Positions 27,385-36,943 of a DNA stretch of 52,650 bases are shown one piece after another. The notes below the pieces were generated by a model. It was not told where the DNA came from. It ran no database searches and worked only from the letters and a program-made list of their open reading frames with translations. The DNA comes from a virus (Duplodnaviria; Caudoviricetes). The stretch covers positions 1-52,650 of IMG/VR virus record IMGVR_UViG_3300046789_000054. One strand, 5' to 3'. Position 1 is the first letter of the stretch, and every line of letters starts with the position of its first letter. The position numbers were made by a program, and so were the translations under genes.

Positions 27385-28176
27385 TCAGTCCTCCGAACTC
27401 AGCGAGACGTTAACAGCGAACCTCGCGCACGGGTCCACCTGCACCAAGTACTCCCGACTCGCCAAGAACGTCGACTCGTTCGTGACCCGGTTGAACGCAT
27501 GCGCCTCATCCGGGGCGACCAGCACAGCGCTACGCCGGACCACCACCGCGCCCGTCGAGTAGATCCACGCCGTACCCGCAGGAGCAGCGACACCCGCCGG
27601 AGACACATTGCCGTACCCGGCGCCGAACGCCCACGCCGTCCCCAGCACCGTCCGCAAGACCGGCCCATCAGCCCTAGGTCCGGCCTTCTCAGCGACGCTC
27701 CGCGGCGCGTGGAACACACCCACCCCCGGATACACCGACGACAGTGCCCGCTCCAGCTCACCGATGCCGTGCTTCACACGCATCGCCGCTGTACCCACGA
27801 CAGTCGCCGACGCAGCCACGAGCTCCGTGTAGAACTCACCCTCGACCGCTGAGCCCTCACCCAAAGCGAGGATCCGCTCCGCGCGGGCCCGCAGATCACC
27901 CAACCCGAACGCCTTACACACCAGGCCGGCGTACACCGTGACCGCTGCTGCTTCCGCGTCGTCCCCGATGCCGTCCGTCAGCGTGTCCAACGGAGGCGGG
28001 TCCTCGCAGTCCACAGCCACTACGGTCGCCGCGTCCGGACACGAGTCCGGTGTCCACACCACCCCACCGACCCACCGCTCCGTAGGCTCGGTGATGACGT
28101 TCGCAGCGGCAAGCAGGCCGAACTTGGCAGGGGCCACAGGCGGAGCCTCGACCCTTACCTTGCTCGCGAGCACCAT
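27385..28176 (-). CDS. Second capsid protein (pentamer/minor capsid-like)
   Basis: Follows MCP; 'FGLLAAA', 'LRTVLGT.WAFGAGY', 'WIYSTG.V', 'TNE....A.R.Y' pattern. Confidence 0.6.
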   Translation of the reverse strand: MVLASKVRVEAPPVAPAKFGLLAAANVITEPTERWVGGVVWTPDSCPDAATVVAVDCEDPPPLDTLTDGIGDDAEAAAVTVYAGLVCKAFGLGDLRARAERILALGEGSAVEGEFYTELVAASATVVGTAAMRVKHGIGELERALSSVYPGVGVFHAPRSVAEKAGPRADGPVLRTVLGTAWAFGAGYGNVSPAGVAAPAGTAWIYSTGAVVVRRSAVLVAPDEAHAFNRVTNESTFLASREYLVQVDPCARFAVNVSLSSED

Positions 28177-28209
28177 GCTCCGCTCCTCACACCAGTAGTA
28201 GTTGGGTGG

Positions 28210-28244
28210 CCGCTGGGCCCGGCGGAAGGTTCCAGGCCCAGCGG
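28210..28244 (-). terminator. Hairpin between the two capsid genes
   Basis: CCGCTGGGCC / GGCCCAGCGG 10-bp stem. Confidence 0.6.
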
Positions 28245-28253
28245 GTCACAGGG

Positions 28254-29975
28254 TTACGGAGCCGGGGCTGTCGGGGCGACCGCTTCGAGCTGCGGCCCGA
28301 TCACACCAGACGGGTTGACCGGGATCACGATCAGCCGCGACTGGTTGCACCGCCGCACAACGGCCAGGGACTCCTCGGTGAACAACGCCTGGTACTTGTT
28401 CGTCGCCAGCAGCGTCGAATCGTACAGCCCGTCGATCGTGATGACCGGGTCATTCGCCCGGACGAACGTGCCAGCCGCGTACAGCAGCACACTCACCGTG
28501 TCCGGCCACACCGTCGGCGCGTCCGCACCACCGAACCCGACACCAGCCGCAGAGAACGCGTCCTGCCAGTCGTACACCCACTGCACCATGATCCGGCGGG
28601 CCCGGAACCACTCATCCATCTCAGCCTGCGCGAGCGCCATGTTGCCCTGCTGCCGCTTCGCGATGTCCGTGATGATCATGTCCCGCAGCCACCTCGGGGC
28701 GACCGCTTCGAGCGTCGCACCGTCAGCCATCCGGTACCGGTACCTGTAGTCGACCGCCTGCAACGCGAGAGCCTCCAGCACGGCGTTCGTCGCGCCGTAG
28801 TCACCGCCGGCCGCCGGCACCGTCACCGTCGTTGACGCGGCGACCATCCGGGCGATCGTAGAGGCGTTCTTCTTGTGCTCGTGCGCAGCCAGGCCACCGC
28901 GGAGGACCCGGGCGACGAACTCCGGATACGCCTTGTTCTGGAGGATCCCCGCGGTGAAGCACAGGCCGACCGCGTCAGCGCGGACCTCCGTGAACGACGG
29001 GCACGGGATCTCGAAGCACGGCTTCTCCGTGTCCGCGATGCTCTGCGCCTCAGTCTGGATGAAGTACCCCGTGTAGGCGTAGATCGCGGCGAAGTCAGGT
29101 CCCTCGGCGTAACGGATACCGCCCCGGGCCATCCCGACCTCGGGCACGTCCACCATCCCGTCGGTGTCCTCACCGAGCTCACACACGTCGTACAGCGTCA
29201 CCGACGGTGCGCACCAGCCGCCGGCCGCGACCAGCGAGCCGCCTTCGAGGTTCCGCTCACTCGCGGCCGCATCGATGACGGTCTGCATGTCCTCATCGGA
29301 GCCGGACGCGATGAGCGAGTCGGGGAACTCCCGTTCGATCCGGGCGATCCCAGCGCGGACCGCTGGGGCGCCAGCCCGGGTAGGCATACCGTTCAGCCGC
29401 TTCAGGGTCATGTCCGCGAGGGCATCCACATCCACAGCGGCACCGACCTCGTAACCCGACAGGCCAGCCGCCGCAGTCAGGGAGAACTGCGTCGCAGGCT
29501 TGCCCTTCGGAACCTCACGGTCCGCCGGCTTCTGCCGACGCGCGATCTCACCGAGGTTGACCTTCGCGCGCTTCCCGGAAGCTACTACCGGCTCCGGGGT
29601 GTTCTCCTCGACCGACGCGTCCTCGACCGCCTCCGGAGCACCTTCATCCCCGTCACCGGACTCAGCACCATCACCGTCAGTGGCGTCCGCGTCGACGGGC
29701 TTCACCTTCGCGGCGAGCTCGTCCCGCTTGGCCTTCTGCTCAGCAGCAGCCGAAGCGCGCTTCGTCTCCTCGGCGCGGATGACTTCGGTAGCAGCGGCCA
29801 GCGTCTCCAGCTGGGCGATCTGCTCATCGGTCAGGTCATCCGCCGCGTTGATGCCATCGAACGCGGCGATCACATCGGCCTCAAGGCCGCTGAGGTCGGT
29901 GACCTCCGCGAGCACAGCGTTGGCGTCTCCGCCTTCAGCGGCAAGCGCGTCGAGGAGCTTCTGGAGGATATCCAC
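28254..29975 (-). CDS. Major capsid protein with N-terminal scaffold-like region
   Basis: Acidic helical N-terminus then 'SLVAAGGWCAPS..YD', 'PEV...RGG', 'YDSTLL.TN.Y.ALFTEE'; GGAGG RBS before GTG 29975. Confidence 0.88.
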   Translation of the reverse strand: MDILQKLLDALAAEGGDANAVLAEVTDLSGLEADVIAAFDGINAADDLTDEQIAQLETLAAATEVIRAEETKRASAAAEQKAKRDELAAKVKPVDADATDGDGAESGDGDEGAPEAVEDASVEENTPEPVVASGKRAKVNLGEIARRQKPADREVPKGKPATQFSLTAAAGLSGYEVGAAVDVDALADMTLKRLNGMPTRAGAPAVRAGIARIEREFPDSLIASGSDEDMQTVIDAAASERNLEGGSLVAAGGWCAPSVTLYDVCELGEDTDGMVDVPEVGMARGGIRYAEGPDFAAIYAYTGYFIQTEAQSIADTEKPCFEIPCPSFTEVRADAVGLCFTAGILQNKAYPEFVARVLRGGLAAHEHKKNASTIARMVAASTTVTVPAAGGDYGATNAVLEALALQAVDYRYRYRMADGATLEAVAPRWLRDMIITDIAKRQQGNMALAQAEMDEWFRARRIMVQWVYDWQDAFSAAGVGFGGADAPTVWPDTVSVLLYAAGTFVRANDPVITIDGLYDSTLLATNKYQALFTEESLAVVRRCNQSRLIVIPVNPSGVIGPQLEAVAPTAPAP

Positions 29976-30066
29976 CGTGTTGCCTCCGGGGCGAAGGGTG
30001 TACACCCGGCTCGCGGCGCAGCGGTGTTGATGCTCTCAGGAGTCAGAGTAGCCCACAGGGACTCAG

Positions 30067-30585
30067 TTAGTGCGCAGCGAGCGTCGCATCGTTCACAGCG
30101 GTCGGGCGCTGGAACAGTTGCGACCCTGGGTCGCTGGCCTGCACCGACCGCGCGTCGGCCTCACCTGAGAACACCAGCTCGGTGCCATCTGCGGACCGAA
30201 CCAGCCACTCCACCGGCTGGACGCCGCTCGAGGCCTTCCCACGCTTCCCACAGTTACACCCCACGGTGTTCACCCCTCCGGTCGCAGTGCCGAATACAAC
30301 CTCACCCATGCCGTCCGCTGGTACGTCCACGCAGCGGGTGAACCCGACAGCGACGACCTGGTCCCAGGGGATCACCCAGGTTTCTACAGGGTCAGCCAGA
30401 ATGACCGCGGACAAGGGTCCGTCGCCGTCCGACGCTGCCTTGTGCGCCATCAGGAGATCCTCTACCGAGCCGAACACAGTCGTTGAGATCCGTACCGGTG
30501 TCGCGCCGCGCCCAGCGAGGACCGTCACCGTCACCATGTCGCTGGGCGTCTCAGACACCCCAGGCATGCCCCCCGTGGTGTTCAC
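30067..30585 (-). CDS. Hypothetical protein; 3' part begins 'GCNCGK' and may be translated separately
   Basis: GTGA-coupled to protease; internal GGAGGGG RBS before in-frame GTGs at 30273/30264. Confidence 0.55.
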   Translation of the reverse strand: MNTTGGMPGVSETPSDMVTVTVLAGRGATPVRISTTVFGSVEDLLMAHKAASDGDGPLSAVILADPVETWVIPWDQVVAVGFTRCVDVPADGMGEVVFGTATGGVNTVGCNCGKRGKASSGVQPVEWLVRSADGTELVFSGEADARSVQASDPGSQLFQRPTAVNDATLAAH

Positions 30586-32918
30586 TTCGCGGAGCCGCGG
30601 ACCAGGGCCGCGGCTGCTGCGCGGCGCGTAGCCGGGTCCCGGCCGATGCGCTGCGCAGCCTGCTGCCGCTTCGCCTCACGGCGGGCACCCGCACGGAGCT
30701 CAGCCGCGACGAGCTTCGCCAAGGCACGCGGCGACGCCTGAGCCAGCTTCCCCCGCTGCCGCGTCAGCACCGACAACGGGCCGATGCCCGCAGCGACCAA
30801 CGCCACCCGGCGCTGCCCTGACGCGGCCATCGCCGGCCTGGGCACTGGGAACCCCGGAACGTTCACCGCGAGCGCCGCGACGAGCTCCAGCGCACCTGCG
30901 TACTCCCGCCAGTCACCAGACAGCGGCGACCGACGCAACGCTGCGACCTGCTCATCGGTGGCCGTCGGCACGAGCGCACCGCGGACCACGATCCCGTAGT
31001 CGTCTTCCGACGCTTGGACCACGGCGACCGCGCATCCCGCGTTGTCGTAATGCGCCGCCGCACCAGCGGCGGACACACCACGGATCGGGGCATGACCACC
31101 GCCTACTGTCAGCTTCCCGACAGGCACCTCGCCGCCCTCCGCCGTCCGCACCGAACCGACGTGGAAGAACCGGTAGCCGCTGGCAGTCCGCGGCGGCTTC
31201 ACACACTCAGCGAACCCCGTATGACACGAGTCCCACGCCGCGAGGTGCCCGAACACCCGGCCGTCGTCCGTGACGGTCAACGCAGTCAGCTCAGTCAGCG
31301 GAGGACCCTGGAACCACGCCGCTGGCGGTTCACACGGCGCCGCAGAAGCGACCAACGCGAGGTCCGCCGCCGGCACCGGGGTTTCCGCCGGGACGTACCC
31401 GTACACCGGTTCGATCGCCGCCTCCTGGAACGCCGGGTGCGCGAGCTGCGTCGCACCCATGATCCGCCAATCCGTCCCGCGGAACTCCTCCGTGATCTCC
31501 TCCAGCGGGTACGGAGACAGTTCCGGGTCGTCCATCCAGTACGCCTCCTCGACCCCCTGGATCTCCTCCGGGGTCAACGGCACACCGGCCGGGTTCAACA
31601 TCACCCACTCACCGGACAAGTCATCCAGGTCCACGGACACCCACCGGAACATGCCCGCCTTCAACAGCCGCGCGGCTTCCGCCCCAGCCTCACCAGCAAG
31701 GTCGTAGGACCCTTCACCCCACACCATGCCGTCCTGCACCCAGATCCGGTCGATACGACCCGCCGGCAGCGACCCATCATGGAACGCCTGAGACTCCATC
31801 ATCGCCATGAGCGTCAACGGGAGATCACGCCACCGAACCCCACCCTCAGGCTCCATATAACGGCGCCCGTCACCTGAGGCGGTGTCCAACGGAATCAGCG
31901 GGCCGCGCCACCCGTCCGGGAGTTCATCGCCCACGGGGGCGCTGATCGGTTCGGTCATGGTGTCCTCCGTAGCGGCGGCGATGATCGGATCATACGAGGT
32001 CAGCACCTCAACATCGGCAGCATCGACCACGGATTGTGTACATCGGCACTGGATGAGTTCCTTCGCGGACCCCGCCGGGTCGCCCGGGTGCATCAGGCTC
32101 GATGACCCCACCCGGAACGGTTCGGTGAGGGGCTGAATCTGCCCATCAGCAGCAGCATGCGACTTCCGTGTCCGAGAGTCATGCCCGGCGAGCCACTGAT
32201 GGTAGAGCTGCACCCCGGCGATCTTCGACCACGCTTCAGCGCCGCGCTGCTGCCCACCGTTCAACGCCCCGATCGCTTCGGTGCGGGCGATCCGGTCGGC
32301 TTTCCACCGCCACCGGCCACGGTCGGTGTCCAGCGCCTCGTACAGGCGGCTTTTCTCCTTCGACAGCCGGGACCACTCATCGGTGTCGAACGGTGTGTCA
32401 TGTAGGCGCCGCTCAACCGACTCGATCTGTGTCTGCAACGCCCTCGACGGTGCGTCGATGTTGAGGGTCCGGGCGACGCGGTCCCGGAGCTGCGGGATCG
32501 TTTCCGACGCTGCCTGCCCCGCCTGTAGCTCCCGGCGGACCTCCTCGAACGCGCCGGCTGGCCACGCCGTCAACCGGTCCTGGACCTGCGCCAGGTACTC
32601 CGCCCGGTACGGGCCGACAGGCACGTCTACCTGCGCCGCGTAGGCGTTGAACTGCGCCTCGAACACGTCCCCGACGACCGGGGCGAAATGCAGATCCAGG
32701 GAAGACACCCACTCCGGGCCAGCAGGCCACGCATCCGGGTCGGGTGCAGCAGCTGCCGTCAACCCGACCGGGTCACCCAACAGGCGATCCTTCGCCACAT
32801 CGAGGAACTCCGTCATCGCCGCCAACACCGCGGCCCGCAGGTCCCGCTCCGCGCGGGCTACCTTCGCCGCGGCGATCAGCTTCTGCGGAAGCAGCGGATC
32901 ACGGTCAGGTTCAGGCAT
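30582..32918 (-). CDS. MuF-like minor head protein fused to capsid maturation protease
   Basis: 'RIARTE', 'W....DSRTRKSH..ADGQ', 'HPGDP...IQCRC' (MuF), then 'SGDGR', 'FHDG', 'SVDLDD', 'PAF' (protease-like). Confidence 0.85.
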   Translation of the reverse strand: MPEPDRDPLLPQKLIAAAKVARAERDLRAAVLAAMTEFLDVAKDRLLGDPVGLTAAAAPDPDAWPAGPEWVSSLDLHFAPVVGDVFEAQFNAYAAQVDVPVGPYRAEYLAQVQDRLTAWPAGAFEEVRRELQAGQAASETIPQLRDRVARTLNIDAPSRALQTQIESVERRLHDTPFDTDEWSRLSKEKSRLYEALDTDRGRWRWKADRIARTEAIGALNGGQQRGAEAWSKIAGVQLYHQWLAGHDSRTRKSHAAADGQIQPLTEPFRVGSSSLMHPGDPAGSAKELIQCRCTQSVVDAADVEVLTSYDPIIAAATEDTMTEPISAPVGDELPDGWRGPLIPLDTASGDGRRYMEPEGGVRWRDLPLTLMAMMESQAFHDGSLPAGRIDRIWVQDGMVWGEGSYDLAGEAGAEAARLLKAGMFRWVSVDLDDLSGEWVMLNPAGVPLTPEEIQGVEEAYWMDDPELSPYPLEEITEEFRGTDWRIMGATQLAHPAFQEAAIEPVYGYVPAETPVPAADLALVASAAPCEPPAAWFQGPPLTELTALTVTDDGRVFGHLAAWDSCHTGFAECVKPPRTASGYRFFHVGSVRTAEGGEVPVGKLTVGGGHAPIRGVSAAGAAAHYDNAGCAVAVVQASEDDYGIVVRGALVPTATDEQVAALRRSPLSGDWREYAGALELVAALAVNVPGFPVPRPAMAASGQRRVALVAAGIGPLSVLTRQRGKLAQASPRALAKLVAAELRAGARREAKRQQAAQRIGRDPATRRAAAAALVRGSAK

Positions 32919-33225
32919 GGGATACCGCCAACGCTGCCGGCAAGTACCGCCGATCATGGGCCTGCCCAGCCAGTAGCAGCTGCCGCACGTACCGGTCCAG
33001 AGCGGGGATCAGATGCGTGTAGTCCGGGGCGGCGAGCGGCATCAGGTCCCACGCCCCACCGAGGAGATAGTCCAGCCGGTCCGGGTCCACAGCCCACCTG
33101 GTGTGCCGGGACCAGTGCGGTCCGCGGTCCTGGGACCGGGAGATGAGGCGCTTCCCCGCGAGTTCCAACGCGCGGGTCACAGCGAGGTCCGCGACCGTCA
33201 GCTCACATGCTGATGGGCCGGTCAC
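32911..33225 (-). CDS. Hypothetical protein (portal-adjacent)
   Basis: Coupled on both sides; 'RALELAGKRL' motif. Confidence 0.65.
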   Translation of the reverse strand: MTGPSACELTVADLAVTRALELAGKRLISRSQDRGPHWSRHTRWAVDPDRLDYLLGGAWDLMPLAAPDYTHLIPALDRYVRQLLLAGQAHDRRYLPAALAVSHA

Positions 33226-34679
33226 GGCGCGGACTCCTCCGGGGCGGCCGGGGGACCGTCCACAGGGTCGTCCACAACCTGTGGAGCATCAACCGGCGGC
33301 GTCGGCGCAGGTGCAGGTGCCGGCGGCGGGACGCTGATCGTGATCGAAGACCCCAACACGCGAAGCACCTCCGGCAGGAGCTGCGGGTCCACCATCGCGG
33401 CCTTCAACAGCAGCCGCCGACCGACCTCGTCCGGCGTCGGCGCGTCATCCTCGCTGAACCCGGCCTCCCGCCGATACGCCTCATCCGACAACGCACCCCG
33501 ATCAGTGAGATCCCTAGCCTCAGCAGTCCGGTTCGGGCGCTGCACCACCTGCGACGTGTCGAACCACAACGCGACCCTCGACGGATCACCGCCCAACGTC
33601 TTCACCGCCGGCCGCAGATACCCCGACGTCAACGCATCACAGATCGTCGCGAGGAGCGGCTCGACATGCAGCCGCAGCGCATCATCGGAGATCAACCACG
33701 CTCCCCAGTGATTCACGTCGCCCTGCCCGAGGAGCACCTCCCGCGGCACGTCGATGCCTGTAGCGAGCCGCCCGATCGCGCCGGCCTGCAAATCCAGGAT
33801 CCGACGGTCGAACTCAGTCGAGAACGTCAGATGCTTCGATGCGGCGATCGCGTCCGCCGGCCCAGTCGCGACGAGCGGTACCACAGCGGACGCGCTGTTC
33901 CGGTCGCTGATCGGAGTCACCATCGCCTCGATCAGCGCCGCCATGAACGGGTCCGGGTGCAGCCCCTCCGCGTCCTGCGACGGGGGTGGGAGCTTGATCT
34001 CGTCCGCGAGGAGCAGCAACCCGTTCCCGGCGAGCCGCGAATCGATCACAGCCCGGTTATGCGCACTGAACCCCTCAATGTCGGAGAGGACATCGAGGAG
34101 GCTCCGCACGGGGCTCGTCGCGAGCCAGTGGCGCCGCTCCGATGGGCGCCACACCCGGACGATGATGTCCTCATCCGTCAGGGGTGTCTTCGTGCCGTCG
34201 CCGGTGTCCAACGCGACCCCGGTACCGGCACGGTTCAGTTCCTCCGTCGAGGCCACCTGCCACCGGTCGACTTCAGTCTCGTCTTCGCTGGCTTCCGCCG
34301 CGGTCCGGCCGATCAGCCAACACGACCCCGGCACCGTCAGGTGCACCGCGAACTCGCCGAGCATCTGCGACTGCCCAGTCGGGCCGCCGAACAGATCCGC
34401 GAGCGCTGCTTCCGCCTGCGGGTGAGCCAGCGGTACAGGTTCCGCGTCGTCTGCGGTCGCCGCGTCCACGATGCTCAGGGTTGCTCGGCTCAACGCGTTC
34501 CGCAGCCACCGGGTGCTGAAGCTCAGCTCCGGGGACCGCTCGAGGTAGTCCCATGCCCTGGACTGCCACTCAGCGTCCACGGACAGCCGTCCTAGGGTCC
34601 GTTTCGCTTTCCGGATCGGTACCCGCGCGGCCGACGCGGTCAACGCGAGCCGTTCCACACCCCACTTCCGGGCGGCCAC
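33222..34679 (-). CDS. Portal protein
   Basis: 'WQSRAWDY', 'SRLAGNGLL', 'E.LLG.GD.NHWGAW'; position. Confidence 0.85.
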   Translation of the reverse strand: MAARKWGVERLALTASAARVPIRKAKRTLGRLSVDAEWQSRAWDYLERSPELSFSTRWLRNALSRATLSIVDAATADDAEPVPLAHPQAEAALADLFGGPTGQSQMLGEFAVHLTVPGSCWLIGRTAAEASEDETEVDRWQVASTEELNRAGTGVALDTGDGTKTPLTDEDIIVRVWRPSERRHWLATSPVRSLLDVLSDIEGFSAHNRAVIDSRLAGNGLLLLADEIKLPPPSQDAEGLHPDPFMAALIEAMVTPISDRNSASAVVPLVATGPADAIAASKHLTFSTEFDRRILDLQAGAIGRLATGIDVPREVLLGQGDVNHWGAWLISDDALRLHVEPLLATICDALTSGYLRPAVKTLGGDPSRVALWFDTSQVVQRPNRTAEARDLTDRGALSDEAYRREAGFSEDDAPTPDEVGRRLLLKAAMVDPQLLPEVLRVLGSSITISVPPPAPAPAPTPPVDAPQVVDDPVDGPPAAPEESAP

Positions 34680-34684
34680 GCGGG

Positions 34685-35008
34685 TCAGTCCTCGTCTGCT
34701 GTCTGCGCGAGGAGCGCGTACCCGTACGACACGGTCAGCGCCGACGCCGGCAGGAAGAACCAGGGCGTCGTCCCGAACCAGTAACCCAGCGGGACTACCA
34801 CGGCCGCGACCCAGATACTCAGGCACCACGGGCAGCCGATGAGGTAGTCCAGCCAGGAGTCCGTTCCGAAGCGCCGCTCGACCCATTCGCGGATCGGGCG
34901 GGCGAACTCGTCTGCGTTGAGGAACCGGGTGATGCGGGCGGTCGCGCCGAACGTCAGCAGGGCGACCGTCAGGGCGATGAGCTCGGGGGAGACGCGGAGA
35001 CCAGTCAC
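34685..35008 (-). CDS. DUF1360-like membrane protein
   Basis: 'ARITRFL..D', 'LIGCPWCLSIW'; leaderless start. Confidence 0.75.
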   Translation of the reverse strand: MTGLRVSPELIALTVALLTFGATARITRFLNADEFARPIREWVERRFGTDSWLDYLIGCPWCLSIWVAAVVVPLGYWFGTTPWFFLPASALTVSYGYALLAQTADED

Positions 35009-35105
35009 AGGGGCAGAGTAGCCCGCGCAGCGGCGGCCGAAGGGGATGGGAGGGTTGTGAACGCCATATCTACGCCAAGTTCAGCTTGGAGTTGGTAAGC
35101 CTGAC

Positions 35106-35363
35106 TCACCGCAGCGTTCTCAGCCATGCCGTAGCGACTCGCTGGTCCCAGGCTAGGTCAAACACGGTGAGCGCCTCGGCGAAGACGCTGGCGCACAACT
35201 CGCCGCGGGATCCGAGCCCAGCAACCTTGGTCGGGTCACCGTCGCTGGCGCAGTACTCACACGTCTCCAGCGGCAGGAGACCCTCAGCGAGACGATCGGC
35301 TACGGCCCCCAGCTCAGCCCACTCCCACGCCATAGCCCGCAACCGCGGATGCCACGGCTTCAT
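35106..35363 (-). CDS. Hypothetical protein
   Basis: TGATG-coupled; CEYC...LC motif. Confidence 0.55.
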   Translation of the reverse strand: MKPWHPRLRAMAWEWAELGAVADRLAEGLLPLETCEYCASDGDPTKVAGLGSRGELCASVFAEALTVFDLAWDQRVATAWLRTLR

Positions 35364-35491
35364 CAGAACGGGTTCTTCCCCAGCACGTACCCGACCGCCG
35401 CCGCCACGACGTAGCCGAACGCGAACGCCGCCGGGAGCAGCAGCGCGTACAACCCAGCTACCGTCGCCACGTCTCGCCACCTCGGGATCAT
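35363..35491 (-). CDS. 42-aa single-TM peptide (not in ORF track)
   Basis: MIPRWRDVATVAGLYALLLPAAFAFGYVVAAAVGYVLGKNPF; GAAGG RBS; coupled to next gene. Confidence 0.5.
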   Translation of the reverse strand: MIPRWRDVATVAGLYALLLPAAFAFGYVVAAAVGYVLGKNPF

Positions 35492-35621
35492 CGGTTCGCC
35501 TTCTTCACTGAGGTACTCGTTGGGTGCGTGCCCCGCTGCTCCCGGGGAGATTCACACTTCGCCGCCGACAGAACCACAGCCAGGGCGACCAGCACAGCCA
35601 CTCCAGACAACTTCGGCATGG

Positions 35622-35942
35622 CTACTCACCAATCTCAGGTCGTAACGGCAGAAGCGGGAGACCAGTATCGGCCTGCCGCGCGGGGGTGAACCCCAGGTAG
35701 TTCTCGCAGCTCGGCTGGGAGCATTTCCCACCCGACCCTTGGTACTTCGAGTGGCCACACTCCACGTGCGGCACCAACCCAGGAACAGGCCTCGGCATGT
35801 GCGACACGGCGTACGACAGCAACCGGCGGACCATCTCGCTGCGGCTCACCCCGGCCTCCGCCGCCAACGCGTCTACAGCAGCGGTGCCGGCGGCGCTGAT
35901 ACGGACACCCATCACAGGTCGCACAACACGGCTACGGGGCAT
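35622..35942 (-). CDS. Ribbon-helix-helix (CopG-like) regulator with Cys-rich tail
   Basis: 'MGVRIS...AVDALAAEAGVSRSEMVRRLL'. Confidence 0.75.
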   Translation of the reverse strand: MPRSRVVRPVMGVRISAAGTAAVDALAAEAGVSRSEMVRRLLSYAVSHMPRPVPGLVPHVECGHSKYQGSGGKCSQPSCENYLGFTPARQADTGLPLLPLRPEIGE

Positions 35943-36237
35943 CCTCAGCCTCCTGCTCTTCGATGGGTCCGTTCGTCAGGAACTCGGCGCGAGCAGCAGC
36001 CAGCTCCGCCAGCGCTTTCGCGCCCATGCTGAGTTCCTCGGCGAGTTCCTGGATATCGAGCCACGGTTCGGGGCTGAACTCGCTGCGGGCAGGGAGCCCG
36101 TCCTGCGTCGGGTCTTGCATCGAGGCGAGCACCTCCCAAGCCCACGTCCACCGCATGGTGATCTGGCGAATCAGTTTCTCGGCGTCGTTCACGGGGATCG
36201 TGCCGGCCGCCGGCACCGTCACCTGTTCGTCCGTCAT
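35932..36237 (-). CDS. Hypothetical protein
   Basis: ATGA coupling. Confidence 0.6.
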   Translation of the reverse strand: MTDEQVTVPAAGTIPVNDAEKLIRQITMRWTWAWEVLASMQDPTQDGLPARSEFSPEPWLDIQELAEELSMGAKALAELAAARAEFLTNGPIEEQEAEDAP

Positions 36238-36764
36238 GGCGCGACCCCCGTCCTCTCCCACTCTTCGATCAGCTCAGTCAGCTCTTCCAGGGTGCGATGT
36301 TCGAAGAAAAGCGAGGACATTTCGTAATCAGAGAGCCCGAGAGCCTGGGCCGCATACTCGCGTATGGTTGCGAGGTTTCCGCTGGGGGTAAGGACGACTT
36401 CCATCCAGCGCGAAGGGCCGTCATGCTGATCGACTTGTCGGTACCCAGGCTCGACTTGTCGGTACCCAGGCTCGCGGTCCTCTGCCGTTACCTCCGGATT
36501 GAATGTTCCGTCGTAGAGAACGACGTTCTTGGCCCCGGCCAGCAGCACAGCGTGCCCGGCGAAGCAGCCCACGGTCCCGCAGGAAGCTTCGGCGGCAGAT
36601 TCGATTCGGGTGACCTGAGGATCTCTCCCATCAGGGAAGAGGATGTACTGCCAGCTCCCCTGATCCCACAGGTCGGGATGCTCAGTGATCCACTCCAGCG
36701 TCCGCCTCGCGAGCTCCACTCCCCGCAAAGGCTGCGTCGGGCCAGTAACCGCCTCGTTCGTCAT
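36234..36764 (-). CDS. Actinophage hypothetical protein
   Basis: 'WITEHPDLWDQGSW...CGTVGCFAGHA'; internal 21-bp tandem duplication. Confidence 0.7.
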   Translation of the reverse strand: MTNEAVTGPTQPLRGVELARRTLEWITEHPDLWDQGSWQYILFPDGRDPQVTRIESAAEASCGTVGCFAGHAVLLAGAKNVVLYDGTFNPEVTAEDREPGYRQVEPGYRQVDQHDGPSRWMEVVLTPSGNLATIREYAAQALGLSDYEMSSLFFEHRTLEELTELIEEWERTGVAP

Positions 36765-36943
36765 CAGGTACTCCTCATCTGGTGGGTTCCCAACCGCCGG
36801 TCCCCGTAGGAGCCACGGTCGGTTTCGTACGGGCACGGCTCGATACAGCCACCGACAGAGACCGGCTCGATCAGCTCGTGCCAGACCCGGCCGTCCTCGA
36901 TGATCACCGTGCGGCTCATCTCGACCAACCCGGCAGGCCTCAT
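36764..36943 (-). CDS. Small hypothetical protein
   Basis: Coupled on both sides. Confidence 0.45.
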   Translation of the reverse strand: MRPAGLVEMSRTVIIEDGRVWHELIEPVSVGGCIEPCPYETDRGSYGDRRLGTHQMRST

